A DNA stretch of 64,000 bases from positions 1 through 64,000 of IMG/VR virus record IMGVR_UViG_3300021197_001902. One strand, given 5' to 3'. The first letter of the stretch is position 1. Each line of letters starts with the position of its first letter. This DNA is from a virus. The notes under the pieces were generated by a model. The model searched no databases. It had not been told where the DNA came from and worked only from the letters and a program-made list of their open reading frames with translations. The position numbers were made by a program, and so were the translations under genes. Shown piece after piece: positions 16,921 through 27,200 of this stretch.

Positions 16921-17847
16921 CTAGTTTTGCTTCACAAATCTAACTGGAACATCCAATGTATATCCCGTCGAGACGCCAGTAATTCGAACGGTCGAATCAA
17001 TAAACTTGTAGTTTGCTGCAGCAAGACGCCCGATCGCCGTGACTCCATTGGAGCCTAGCTGTTCGAACAAGAAAGCGCTTGTTTTTAAATCAAGCGATGA
17101 CTGAACCTTAAGCTGAATTCTGGATCCTCTTGGCCCTCTTAGGATCGATGCTGCACCGGTACCAAGATCAGTAACAACCCTAGTATCGTCACTGCGACTA
17201 AAGATGTACGTTGCAATGCTATCATCATCAATAGAGGACGGACTAAACGATCCCTCACCAAATGCTGAACGGAGCCGGCCTAGGCGATTATCGATCTGAA
17301 CAAAGTACTGCGTCTCCACTAGGGTGTCATCTTCTGAAGCCAGACTCACCTCGTTGGAAAGCTCTGTGGTGTCAAGGCCCTGATCGGCTTCGATAAAGTT
17401 TGCACCTTGTGGTGGCCTAAATCCATTAAGAACCCCGCTGGCCAGCGCCTTCTGGCCTTGGGAAGAAACTGTATCCACCGTGGTCTGGTCAACCAAAACG
17501 ATATAGGAACTCAAGCCACTAAAGAATGGCTGTCCGCCGGCTGTTGTATTTGCAAGAATTACAGGTAAATAAAGCAGGTCGTTTCTGGAGTATGACAGAC
17601 ATCGCGACTTCATACTGGACACCTTGTTTGTGAACGATTCTAAGACTGGTGTCTGCAGAATGTTAAGATCGTAGTATGCAGAACCACTTGCGTGTGTTTT
17701 ATCGTAAAGACCGTAGTCAATCTCGTCGTCGCCCAAAGCGAACTTTGAGATGTTAAATCTACCGCTTCCTTCGGCTAATCTCTTTCTGCCTAGGTCGGTA
17801 AGTACAGCGTCCAAAATAATGTCGCCAGAATTGTCTAAGAAACCCAT
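16921..17847 (-). CDS. Virion structural protein (tail-collar-like N-terminal motif)
   Basis: VLTDLGRKRLAEG...ISKFALGDDEIDY. Confidence 0.6.
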   Translation of the reverse strand: MGFLDNSGDIILDAVLTDLGRKRLAEGSGRFNISKFALGDDEIDYGLYDKTHASGSAYYDLNILQTPVLESFTNKVSSMKSRCLSYSRNDLLYLPVILANTTAGGQPFFSGLSSYIVLVDQTTVDTVSSQGQKALASGVLNGFRPPQGANFIEADQGLDTTELSNEVSLASEDDTLVETQYFVQIDNRLGRLRSAFGEGSFSPSSIDDDSIATYIFSRSDDTRVVTDLGTGAASILRGPRGSRIQLKVQSSLDLKTSAFLFEQLGSNGVTAIGRLAAANYKFIDSTVRITGVSTGYTLDVPVRFVKQN

Positions 17848-17865
17848 ATTGTTATCCTCTTCCTT

Positions 17866-17872
17866 TAAATAG
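17866..17872 (-). promoter_or_regulatory. CTATTTA putative late-promoter motif
   Basis: Intergenic, about 19 nt upstream of ATG 17847, followed by a GAGGA RBS. Confidence 0.45.
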
Positions 17873-17887
17873 TTTTAATTTTGCTTA

Positions 17888-20629
17888 TTAGCTTGGATTT
17901 ATAACCCCTGAATTTTTAAAAGTTATATTTAGGTCCAACTTTTTGCCTGTCTTTTTGCTCGTAGCCCTAATCTTGAAAGTATTCTCCCAACAAGATTTCT
18001 CGTTTGTTGAGGCGCCCAGAAGGTTGTCCGGTGGTGGATTTTGCATATCTCCCGGGGCTGCAGGAGGTGATTCGAGGGCGACCTGATTAAAACTTGGCTC
18101 AACATAAATAAACCTTCGGCCGGTCATGCTATATGTCGGCTTTACTTTCTCAAAAGTAAATATCTGTTGTGTTAAGAATATTTGACCCTCATTGTTTATC
18201 ATTTCTATTTCAAAAATATATGTTGGGTTAGAAACATTATCATGAACATCCACTGATCTAGCACAGTAGTAATATTTATTGTTTGGCGCGATAGTATCTT
18301 GATAATATCCGGGGATACCCACATCCGGATCAATTTCGATGAATTCGTTACTAAAATCGCGATACGAGGTAGGCATGTTGCTAATTCTAAACAACTGATA
18401 CTTGTTTACTGGGTCATCTGACTTGAATGTTATCTTGAGGCCGTCCGAAGTAATTTCATCAAATGATTTGTTAAGTTCGGTTTGAGCAAAGTACTGCTCC
18501 TCAAAGTATGTTGAATCATCGTCTTGGATCTGTACGGGGCGATCTTCGTAGTCGCCCGTGTTAGCATTTAGCAAGATCTTAATATTTCTATCGTTGCCCT
18601 TTACGGGATAGAATGATATGTTTGGTGAGACAGGCGGCTTATCTTTCATTATGACTTCGAGGCCATGGCTACCCATTGCGTATGGCGCCAGGATAATCTT
18701 AATGGACATCTGGTTTGTTATCCCCTTGATCACTGTTGTTTGGCCTGGGAATATGAGGCTTCTCCTTGGGTATGTGTACTCGCTTCCGAACACAATAACC
18801 ATTTTCTTGATATCATATCGATATTTGGCACCATATTTAATCTGAGAATCATAGTATGTCGGGAGCGGTCCGGTAATGGGAGGCTTGTCAATTCTAGGAG
18901 AAATAAAGAATCTTTGGACCAACTCTTCGTTATCGCCGTCGATTCTATACTTCTCGACAACGTACATCAATGTCTCTGTATGACAAATCTTATTATTAAA
19001 TATTTCCTCTAGAGTTCGCTTAAAAGTGCTAACCAAAGGACCGGGGAGACCATTGGGGAAAATGGTGGTCATGGCGTGAACCATAGACACTGCAAGGTCG
19101 CCAGGATTAGCATTAAGAGTTTGTAAGTCTTTTCCGAAGTAATCTCGCAAGAATTTAACTGGTATTTGTGAGAGGATTCCGGATGGACCTGTTTTGTTTT
19201 GAGAAAACTTTACAAACTCTGTCACATTGGGCAACCCGTTCGTAAGAATATCTCCCAAATCCAAAAGAAGCGGCAATGTAATATCCGCGGAATCATATGT
19301 AAAGTCCGATAAGTCATTAACATCGTTAAGTCGCTTATACCTCGTAGCGAAATTCTGTGCCGGCAAGAAAGCTTGTATGTAGTAACTAAAGACGGCAGCT
19401 GCCTGCAGTATGTCGATGAAGTCTACTGTTGATGGATTAGTGGCCAGGGCGGCCAACAACGACGCTCCGGTTTGCGTTGAGTCGTCGTCGTCGCCAATTA
19501 CAATCTTGTTGTAGAATGGAATCTTGCTAAGATCGAGAGATTCTGGGTCTAGTACTGGGAGATCCGATCGAACAACGGCCAGGTCCCCGTTAAGTGTTTT
19601 GATCTGATCACTAGTTGTCTCATCCATGCTCTCAATAGCAGTTGTCCATCCATCGGAATATAGATTATAGTAAACTCCAATATTTGTTTCAGAGATACCG
19701 GTAACCGAAGTTTCAAACCAAGGCACCGGACCATCAGGGGTTAGCGCGCGAACAATCGCTGGGAATGTACTGTACGTTCCGCCAAATTGTACGGCAGGAA
19801 TATGATATGGGGCCAGTGGAGTAGAGGCAGTGTTTCTTAATTCTAACAGCAAGTAATAAGAGTTTGGAATCATGTGTTCTTTTACTCTAGGGTCGGCGAT
19901 GACATCCTCATAATCTGGATTCGAGTTAATGTAGAAGTTATAGGCTGGTTCAATTGTTGTTAAGACACCAGATCTTTCCCTAATTGTTTTGGATTTGGTT
20001 AGTAAGAAATGTCTAGATGTGTGGTCAAGGAAAGTTTTGTTCTCAAAGTTTAGCATATTGAGAACGCCCTCAAAGCTATACTGGTTTCCGTTGATTAAAT
20101 CGGTAACTGTTACCGGAGGGGTTGATAAATCAAAATCTCCTATATAATCAACTAAGTTATCTGTGAACCACTGTGCGCCATTGCCCTGTGCACTGTCCAC
20201 GGCCGGATATTGATCCCATGTAAGCGGAGCATAGTGCATCAACAGATCCGTATCGTTCGGTAAAAATTGAGGCTGAAAAACAATATTCGTACCGTTGTTG
20301 TTTCCCTCCAGTTGGTGTCTCAGTGCACCGATGCCGTTGGGGCCCTGATCTTGATCGTAAGCATTCACACTGCCGCCGACCCTTAGGGTATTCAAAGCAG
20401 ACGCATAGTTATATAGAGTTGGGCCGGCTGTACTCAGATATTGTGTATAATACGAACCTAGCAGTCCTCGCAAGGGGTCAGATGTCCCCCAATTGTCTCT
20501 AAACATTGGGTGGAAATTTACTGGGTTTCCGATAACGCTGGCGTTGTTCGTTACCACACCTCTGTTCTTAATTCCAACCAAGCTCTGGTCAACAATTAGT
20601 AATCTATCTTTATAGCTATCGTCTTGCAT
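17888..20629 (-). CDS. Large putative structural protein with FN3-like C-terminal domains
   Basis: 913 aa; tyrosine-corner-like YYDSQIKYGAKYRY and YQDTIAPNNKYYYCARSVD. Confidence 0.6.
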   Translation of the reverse strand: MQDDSYKDRLLIVDQSLVGIKNRGVVTNNASVIGNPVNFHPMFRDNWGTSDPLRGLLGSYYTQYLSTAGPTLYNYASALNTLRVGGSVNAYDQDQGPNGIGALRHQLEGNNNGTNIVFQPQFLPNDTDLLMHYAPLTWDQYPAVDSAQGNGAQWFTDNLVDYIGDFDLSTPPVTVTDLINGNQYSFEGVLNMLNFENKTFLDHTSRHFLLTKSKTIRERSGVLTTIEPAYNFYINSNPDYEDVIADPRVKEHMIPNSYYLLLELRNTASTPLAPYHIPAVQFGGTYSTFPAIVRALTPDGPVPWFETSVTGISETNIGVYYNLYSDGWTTAIESMDETTSDQIKTLNGDLAVVRSDLPVLDPESLDLSKIPFYNKIVIGDDDDSTQTGASLLAALATNPSTVDFIDILQAAAVFSYYIQAFLPAQNFATRYKRLNDVNDLSDFTYDSADITLPLLLDLGDILTNGLPNVTEFVKFSQNKTGPSGILSQIPVKFLRDYFGKDLQTLNANPGDLAVSMVHAMTTIFPNGLPGPLVSTFKRTLEEIFNNKICHTETLMYVVEKYRIDGDNEELVQRFFISPRIDKPPITGPLPTYYDSQIKYGAKYRYDIKKMVIVFGSEYTYPRRSLIFPGQTTVIKGITNQMSIKIILAPYAMGSHGLEVIMKDKPPVSPNISFYPVKGNDRNIKILLNANTGDYEDRPVQIQDDDSTYFEEQYFAQTELNKSFDEITSDGLKITFKSDDPVNKYQLFRISNMPTSYRDFSNEFIEIDPDVGIPGYYQDTIAPNNKYYYCARSVDVHDNVSNPTYIFEIEMINNEGQIFLTQQIFTFEKVKPTYSMTGRRFIYVEPSFNQVALESPPAAPGDMQNPPPDNLLGASTNEKSCWENTFKIRATSKKTGKKLDLNITFKNSGVINPS

Positions 20630-20632
20630 TTA

Positions 20633-23329
20633 TCAATAACCTAACGTACGGGATGTCCTGTTACTAAGTAGCCGCGCGGCCGGATTATCTTGAATAGGAA
20701 CTTGGCGTGCTTGATTGCGCGGTTCTGCTGAAGTTATGCTTGATGTCGAGATTGTTTTAGCTGGTACATTTTTAGAGTATAGGATATTAACATTGTCTAG
20801 ATCAACATTCGGTGATTGGTTTATTAAGGTCTGTCGAACGCGAGCGACTGTTTGAGGGGGTGGCGCCGAAGTGTCAAGGCTCTGTGGCGTGCCAATAACA
20901 AACATACTAGACATTGGCTCAAGATTTAAAACGTCGGGGGTACCTAAAGCACTAGAAACCTTAACCATTTTGCATACTATGGGCTGCTGCCGGGCGCTGC
21001 GAGCGTCAAATATTTCAGTCGTCAATAAACTCCAATTTTGTTTGGTTATCCCTTCCTTAGTATTATAAGTGTCTAAGAATTGCACTTGGACAACAGAGTT
21101 AAAGTTAATGGCGTTTGACAGTGCAGATCCCGATGCAATCACGGTCGAGTCTTCGTTTAACTTCTGGAGGGCCGGAGATCCTTGAAGGGCCTCTGATTCA
21201 ACAATCTTTGTAACCCTGTTAAATGACGTCACACTTCGGTCAATGAATGCTTGCACCAAAGGCGCCTGTAACACACTTGGTGCTTTGGCTTCGGCGATGT
21301 TTGAGCCTTTAGAACCGGAAGTTGGAATATTGGTTTTGTCTTCATAAACGAAATCAGAGGTCTCTGACAAGAACTCGGCCGAGTCTATTATCTCTCTGGC
21401 CATTTGTCTAGTCGGGCCATTTGTAAGCTGCCGAAGTGGGACGCTAGCGCGCTCAACACTAACGTTTAATGAATTTAGAACGTTTCTTGTTGTGGTTGTT
21501 GGCTTTTCCTGTTTATTTACGTCCAACACTCTTCTTTGTTGTGTGTTGCTTTGTATTAGCGGCAATGCCTTTGCTGTGGGAGTGTTTAATTGATCCATGC
21601 TAACACGCATGGGATTTGGGGTAAAATTAATTGATTGAGCTGATAGGAATCCCACCGGATTCAACGCGGCTGCTTGAGTGTTAACAATTTCATACTTTTG
21701 CACCTCTCGGTTGGCGCGCGATCGATAATTATTAAAAGTAATTGTAGGTACCGATACGCTTGAAATCTCAACTTCGCTATCAATGATGTTTAAGCCAAAG
21801 TCCCTGGTACCTGTGAAAGCATACTTGTTAACGAAGGTTTTTCTTGCAGTGAGGACACTCTCTTTCTTAGAGATATATATTGCGGAGTTAACATTGAATA
21901 CATCCGTCTTTTGTGCCTCTTTGCTTCGGGCCGACTGCAACTTGGCAACAAAATCATTGATAGTTTTGATAAACAGCTGTTTGTCTTGATCGTAATTTGG
22001 ATTAAACTTGTTAACTAGGGCGAGCAGATTCTTCCTCCAAAACTTTTGCGAAAACACCGAAAATGGTTCAGAACCAAAGATAGTTGTAACTGCTGTGAGA
22101 TATTCAACAACGGCTGCGTCATAGACAGCCAAGCTATCTTCAATTTGTAGGACGTTATTGATCTTGTCCATCTGTGTGTTGATTCTGGAAATTAAGTCTT
22201 GTAGTATTTCGTCTGTTCTGTCTTCTAGGGTCACCTCAGCTTTGTACCCTGCGGCGCCGGAATTTACCTCTGTCGTGGTGTCATCAACAAAAAAGACCTC
22301 TAACAAAGACCCATCCTCAGTGGTATTAGTTACAATAGAACAATTATTATTTAAATCTGCCACCCTTCTCATTGTGTTTGATTCTTCTAGTCCACATTTT
22401 GTTGATTTGCCTGTAGTTAAGGCATTACTGCCGATGTCTCTACCGGATATCTTTTGATAAATCACGACATCTTTAATGTTGACAGCTGCTAGTAATGTCT
22501 CATCGTTCTTAATAAGGCCGCCGTACTTACTAACATTCTCAGAAAACGCCTGTCGATTAAACGTAAACGAGCCATTGATGTTTCCAGAAGGTCGGCGTGA
22601 TAAAGTTACTGGAGAAAAATACGGTGCCTTGGTCTTTTCGAACTCATAGTTTAAAGAGTTTGCAGCTTTTATGACCCGCAGATCCTTTAGTCGAACATTA
22701 AGAACGGTCCTGGGTGTCAAGTCCGGGTGTTGCTTATTAACATGTGTATTACCGGCCATGTATTGATTGTTGTGAAGGTGTACAGAGCCCGGCCATACCG
22801 TGTTCTTAGCTCCATATGTCTCCACTGTTTCATCTAAACTGTAGACTGTTGCATCAATCGGGGTCACATTATTGGTGATAATGGTTTCTTTTGCAACATT
22901 ACCAATAACAAATGCGTTATTTGTCTCAACATAAGAACAAACAAGAACAAAAAGCTGCGGTACACTTTGCAAAACAAAGCGTTTTCTATTCAAATAGCTG
23001 TATATGTGGTTGCTTTTTTCTGCTGTGGCTTTTAAGGTAAATTGGTCAACGGTCGGCCGCAGGTTAAAGCAGTTCTTAGCTTCCGATTTGAGGGCCCCAA
23101 GCAGTGCTGCCTGGGAACTACTTAAAGAATCAATTTCTGATTTATTGTCGGAGAAGTATATAAAGTTACCAAAACTAGTCTCGTGGGGGGTTGAACCGTT
23201 TTCAATCACCTTTTCGTTTGCCACACCTAGCTCAACTATATATTGCCCTTGTTCGTTCACATCAAACCTAATGTCTTGAATACTTACGAAAGGGATTGGC
23301 CTTTCATATGGGCCGAGAGAAATTGTCAT
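20633..23329 (-). CDS. Large hypothetical protein (structural block)
   Basis: About 898 aa; ATG 23329 forms a TAATG overlap with the upstream stop. Confidence 0.65.
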   Translation of the reverse strand: MTISLGPYERPIPFVSIQDIRFDVNEQGQYIVELGVANEKVIENGSTPHETSFGNFIYFSDNKSEIDSLSSSQAALLGALKSEAKNCFNLRPTVDQFTLKATAEKSNHIYSYLNRKRFVLQSVPQLFVLVCSYVETNNAFVIGNVAKETIITNNVTPIDATVYSLDETVETYGAKNTVWPGSVHLHNNQYMAGNTHVNKQHPDLTPRTVLNVRLKDLRVIKAANSLNYEFEKTKAPYFSPVTLSRRPSGNINGSFTFNRQAFSENVSKYGGLIKNDETLLAAVNIKDVVIYQKISGRDIGSNALTTGKSTKCGLEESNTMRRVADLNNNCSIVTNTTEDGSLLEVFFVDDTTTEVNSGAAGYKAEVTLEDRTDEILQDLISRINTQMDKINNVLQIEDSLAVYDAAVVEYLTAVTTIFGSEPFSVFSQKFWRKNLLALVNKFNPNYDQDKQLFIKTINDFVAKLQSARSKEAQKTDVFNVNSAIYISKKESVLTARKTFVNKYAFTGTRDFGLNIIDSEVEISSVSVPTITFNNYRSRANREVQKYEIVNTQAAALNPVGFLSAQSINFTPNPMRVSMDQLNTPTAKALPLIQSNTQQRRVLDVNKQEKPTTTTRNVLNSLNVSVERASVPLRQLTNGPTRQMAREIIDSAEFLSETSDFVYEDKTNIPTSGSKGSNIAEAKAPSVLQAPLVQAFIDRSVTSFNRVTKIVESEALQGSPALQKLNEDSTVIASGSALSNAINFNSVVQVQFLDTYNTKEGITKQNWSLLTTEIFDARSARQQPIVCKMVKVSSALGTPDVLNLEPMSSMFVIGTPQSLDTSAPPPQTVARVRQTLINQSPNVDLDNVNILYSKNVPAKTISTSSITSAEPRNQARQVPIQDNPAARLLSNRTSRTLGY

Positions 23330-24243
23330 TAACAAGGCTCCTCATTGTTCGTTGAATACAGATCTCTATTCAGTTTAACTCTATCCACGTTTATACGGAC
23401 TGCATCTTCATTAATATTTAGTTCTTCAAGAACTTCGGTTGGAATATCTCCGTCTGTTACAATGTTCATATAGTATTCTATGTTGTTGATTGTCGGAGCA
23501 ATAAACTCAATATCGCTTTTTGGTGCAAAACTTAACTGAGTGTATTCGCCGTTGGTACCTGAGAGAAATACTTCAAACTCAAAGTTTTCCTTTTCAAATG
23601 GTGTGTTGTCCTCTTTTAATTCTAACATTAGATAATTATCTTTTAAAGAAAGGAATATATTGGTTCCGTCAAGGTGTTGTGTTATTGACTCAAGTGTTAA
23701 CTCTCCCGTCTCATAAAAAGTTTCATAATCAATAGTTATATCAATTTGTGGGATGGGTTGAATAAAATCATCCTCATTTAGTGTGCGGCTAGCAACTGAC
23801 GCCGTAGGGTTTGAAAGCAGCTCCAACTGCCACGCTGGGGCATATTCCTTATTTAAAGACGACCTTCCAAGTGGGTATGCATCGAGCTTGCCCTTGTCAC
23901 CGTACGGTTGTTGTTGAAATATCTCCACGTAGTCTGCCGGGTCTGATGTATGACCGCCGATTGTTCCATTAAAAGAAGATGACACTTGATCAACAAATCT
24001 TCCTACTCTTGTCTCAGCTCCTTCGCGGGTGGGAATCACTCTTATCTTGGGAGTGTCACTTTGAATTCTACCCTCTGCGCTATTTTGGGTTTCCTGAAAT
24101 CCAGAGCCACTAACATCATACAACACATCGTCATCAAAGAATGCATAATATGTTGGGTTTAGCTGCCCGGCGGCGAGGCGGTCTTTACCATAGTTGGTGA
24201 GTTTAATCTCAAGAACTTCTTCTTTTTTGTTGAAAAATTCCAT
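23329..24243 (-). CDS. Virion structural protein, N-terminus paralogous to 16921-17847
   Basis: IKLTNYGKDRLAAG...YYAFFDDDVLY compared with VLTDLGRKRLAEG...FALGDDEIDY. Confidence 0.6.
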   Translation of the reverse strand: MEFFNKKEEVLEIKLTNYGKDRLAAGQLNPTYYAFFDDDVLYDVSGSGFQETQNSAEGRIQSDTPKIRVIPTREGAETRVGRFVDQVSSSFNGTIGGHTSDPADYVEIFQQQPYGDKGKLDAYPLGRSSLNKEYAPAWQLELLSNPTASVASRTLNEDDFIQPIPQIDITIDYETFYETGELTLESITQHLDGTNIFLSLKDNYLMLELKEDNTPFEKENFEFEVFLSGTNGEYTQLSFAPKSDIEFIAPTINNIEYYMNIVTDGDIPTEVLEELNINEDAVRINVDRVKLNRDLYSTNNEEPC

Positions 24244-27200
24244 TAGTCGTTGTCATCCATAAGATCCTGTGACGCGTACTGCATGGTTTCGTCTAGATGA
24301 ACTAGCTCCACCAATGAGAAATAATCGTACGGCCAATTGTAAGAGTAATTACCAACTTCATCTGGGAGCGCACTGGTGTCGCTTGTAACTAGAGACCTTC
24401 TGAACTTGTTGAACGACTTGGCGCCACGTTTTTTGACCTTAAAAACAAGCCATTGAATATCCTCGGAGTTGTTGATGAGCAGATCAAGAACTTGTTGGTC
24501 GTCAATAATCACTTCTTTCTTTTCAAACTTTTCGCCGATGGTTGGTGGTAAATTCTGCCACATGTCAGTAATATCCTTGCTGCTAACTGATTGGGAGAAT
24601 TCAAAACCATACATAAGAATTGGGTCCACCGTAGCGTTGATAACAAAATCAAATCGTGGTGGGAAGATATATTTCTGCATGAGTGCTGTAAGGTTGTCGA
24701 GATCTCGCACCTCCAAGTCGACTGGAAAGAATTTTCTACGGTTATTAACGGTCTTGAACGGAATTGCAATCACCGCTTCTTCAAGCAAATTTGCTTCTTT
24801 TGGTTGACCAATTCTTACTGGCTTACCAGTTTGAAAACCAACGATGTCTGCCAACGATTCAAAGCCAGCTGAAGCTGCGCCTTCGCGAACCTTCATAAAG
24901 ATACCTTCGTTGCCTGCTGTTGGGGCTGTACCGTACTGGTGCCACATGCCGTTGATCTTAATATCTGCAGAACTTGAGAGACCCGTAGGGACACTACTCG
25001 CAGCTGGTTGTGTATATGATACGTTAGCAAAGTTTAGGACAGGCGTCTCAAATTTAGACTGTATGAGCCATACCTTCTTTTGTTCAACCGTATTTTCTGG
25101 TACCTCTGTGAAGAAATCTGTTAGATTTACTGAATCTCCAACGTTCACCGTTACCTCATCGATGACATCGTGTGGATATTCTGTGGCGAAAGTAACCGCT
25201 GTATTTGCGAGGATGTCGTCTAGTGTTGGGCGCCCTGAACCTGTTGCTGTAAAGACATAGTCGACCGTGCCCCGACCATGATAATAAGGTGGAACAACAT
25301 GATTAAAGGATGCAGACTGTGCGGTACTGTTGGCAGCACCCTGTCCAAGCGGATATCCGAATGCAGACTCGCGGCCGTAGAGATCAAAGGCCGACCGGTC
25401 GACGCGTAGATCAGCGTCCAGTGTGCGGAACATGTCAATTCGCATCCTATATGAGGTCCCGCTCACCACAGTGGTAAATTGATCCTCTCGATTGGAGCGG
25501 AAGTGTGCTAGTCCATCCATAAAGAAGTTAGTGGTTTCACACAAAAAGTTATCGATGGCCAATTCGTAAAGCTTCTTACCGTTGTTGATCTTAATATAAT
25601 CTGTGCCTTCAATAGCGCCTAGGCCGAAGTTTGGAAGTGCATCAGAACCTGTCGAAATGCCAGTGTCATAAAACGCTCCAGAACCAGAAAGGCGACCAGT
25701 ATCCATGAATGCCAATGGGCGCTGTAATGTTTCAAACGGTAGTTTTTGAATTAGGTAACCAAGGTTTTCGCCAAGATCAGGATTATTGCTTTTTGGATTC
25801 AGCAGCTCTTTATATCTGACTGCACCTTCAGGTAACTGAGTGATTGTCCCGCTGCAGATTGGGGCAGCAAGTCCTGTGCGCACTGTATCAGCGTTACTGC
25901 CTGTATTAGTCATAACGTAATTACTCACTGCAATACCGCTTTTAACTGTGTTAAACAGGATTCCTGGGGCGACCAGTGGCTCTAGGAAAGCTCTCAACGT
26001 CATGGAACGAGCGGTATCAACTCCTGTGCCAGCGATTTCAATGTATTCACCATATGATTGAGACAGAATTGTCGCGAGTTCAATAGTTCTTTCCGCGGGG
26101 TAAAAGCCCTTATACGGCAAGAATTTAGAAATTACATTGCATCGTAGCGATACTTTATCCCTCTTAATCTTGAGGTCCCCGGAGCGCTGGTCATTTAGGT
26201 CATCGTCAATAACCGAGAAGTATTTAAGGAAGTCAGAGTTCGTATATGTCTTATAGAAATTGTCTTTTGAGCTATCGTTAATTGTGGCGCCAGTCAAATT
26301 AAATACATTGTCAACTTTCGCTAAGAAATCACCTGATTCAGTATTAAGATATGTCTCCATCAATTCACTTATTCGGAATTCTGGTATGATAGAATGGTCT
26401 TTCCCTGCCAATGCAATTCTTTCTGCATAGGTGGTATACGATTGATGTGGTGACTTTCCTGACTGTTCGGCCGCTTCCCACAAAGCGTCACCAGCATAAA
26501 CATCTTGTATAGCGGCGGTATAGGAGCTACCTGAGCCGGCCGGGACACGGGCATTATAAAGCGCGGCGGCCTTAACCATCATAGGTTTGACTGCTACGTT
26601 ATCGGCTCTCCTTTGTGTGGTGTATCTGTTATAGCCATTCTGAAGTTCACCAGTTTGTTTACTATCGGCAAAGCCGGTGATTGTCAAAGTGCCGGAGGGG
26701 ATTGTGGCTAATTGAGTAGTAAAATCTAAGCGCGCATCCAATGGGAAAATCGATGCGCTAGCAACAAGTACATCCTGTGAATTGGTGCGGCCGCTGATGG
26801 TAACAGGACCATCGGGGTTGATACCTATCTCGCGACTAAGTGTTCGACGTAGTGTGGCGTTGTCATTCCAAATATCATCAATGGTGAATGTGGTCCTTCT
26901 TCTTACTCGATCATCAAACATATTGATATTGGACGGATATAGACTTTCTGTATACGATATCACCACACTCAAACTACTGCTCAATGTAAAATCAAGAATT
27001 GTATTATATGAGTTTAGAATATTAGGGTCAGATTTCAAGTTATAGAAGTTGTTCAACTCATTGTGCGAGAAGTAATCAATCTGGTTTCTGAATGGAACGG
27101 TAGCGATCATATTGTTCGAAGGATCAGAGTTCGCCGTGTTATCTTCCAGTGCGAAGATAATTGGTGAAGAATTGATTGAAATTGGTGACTCTGTAAGATC

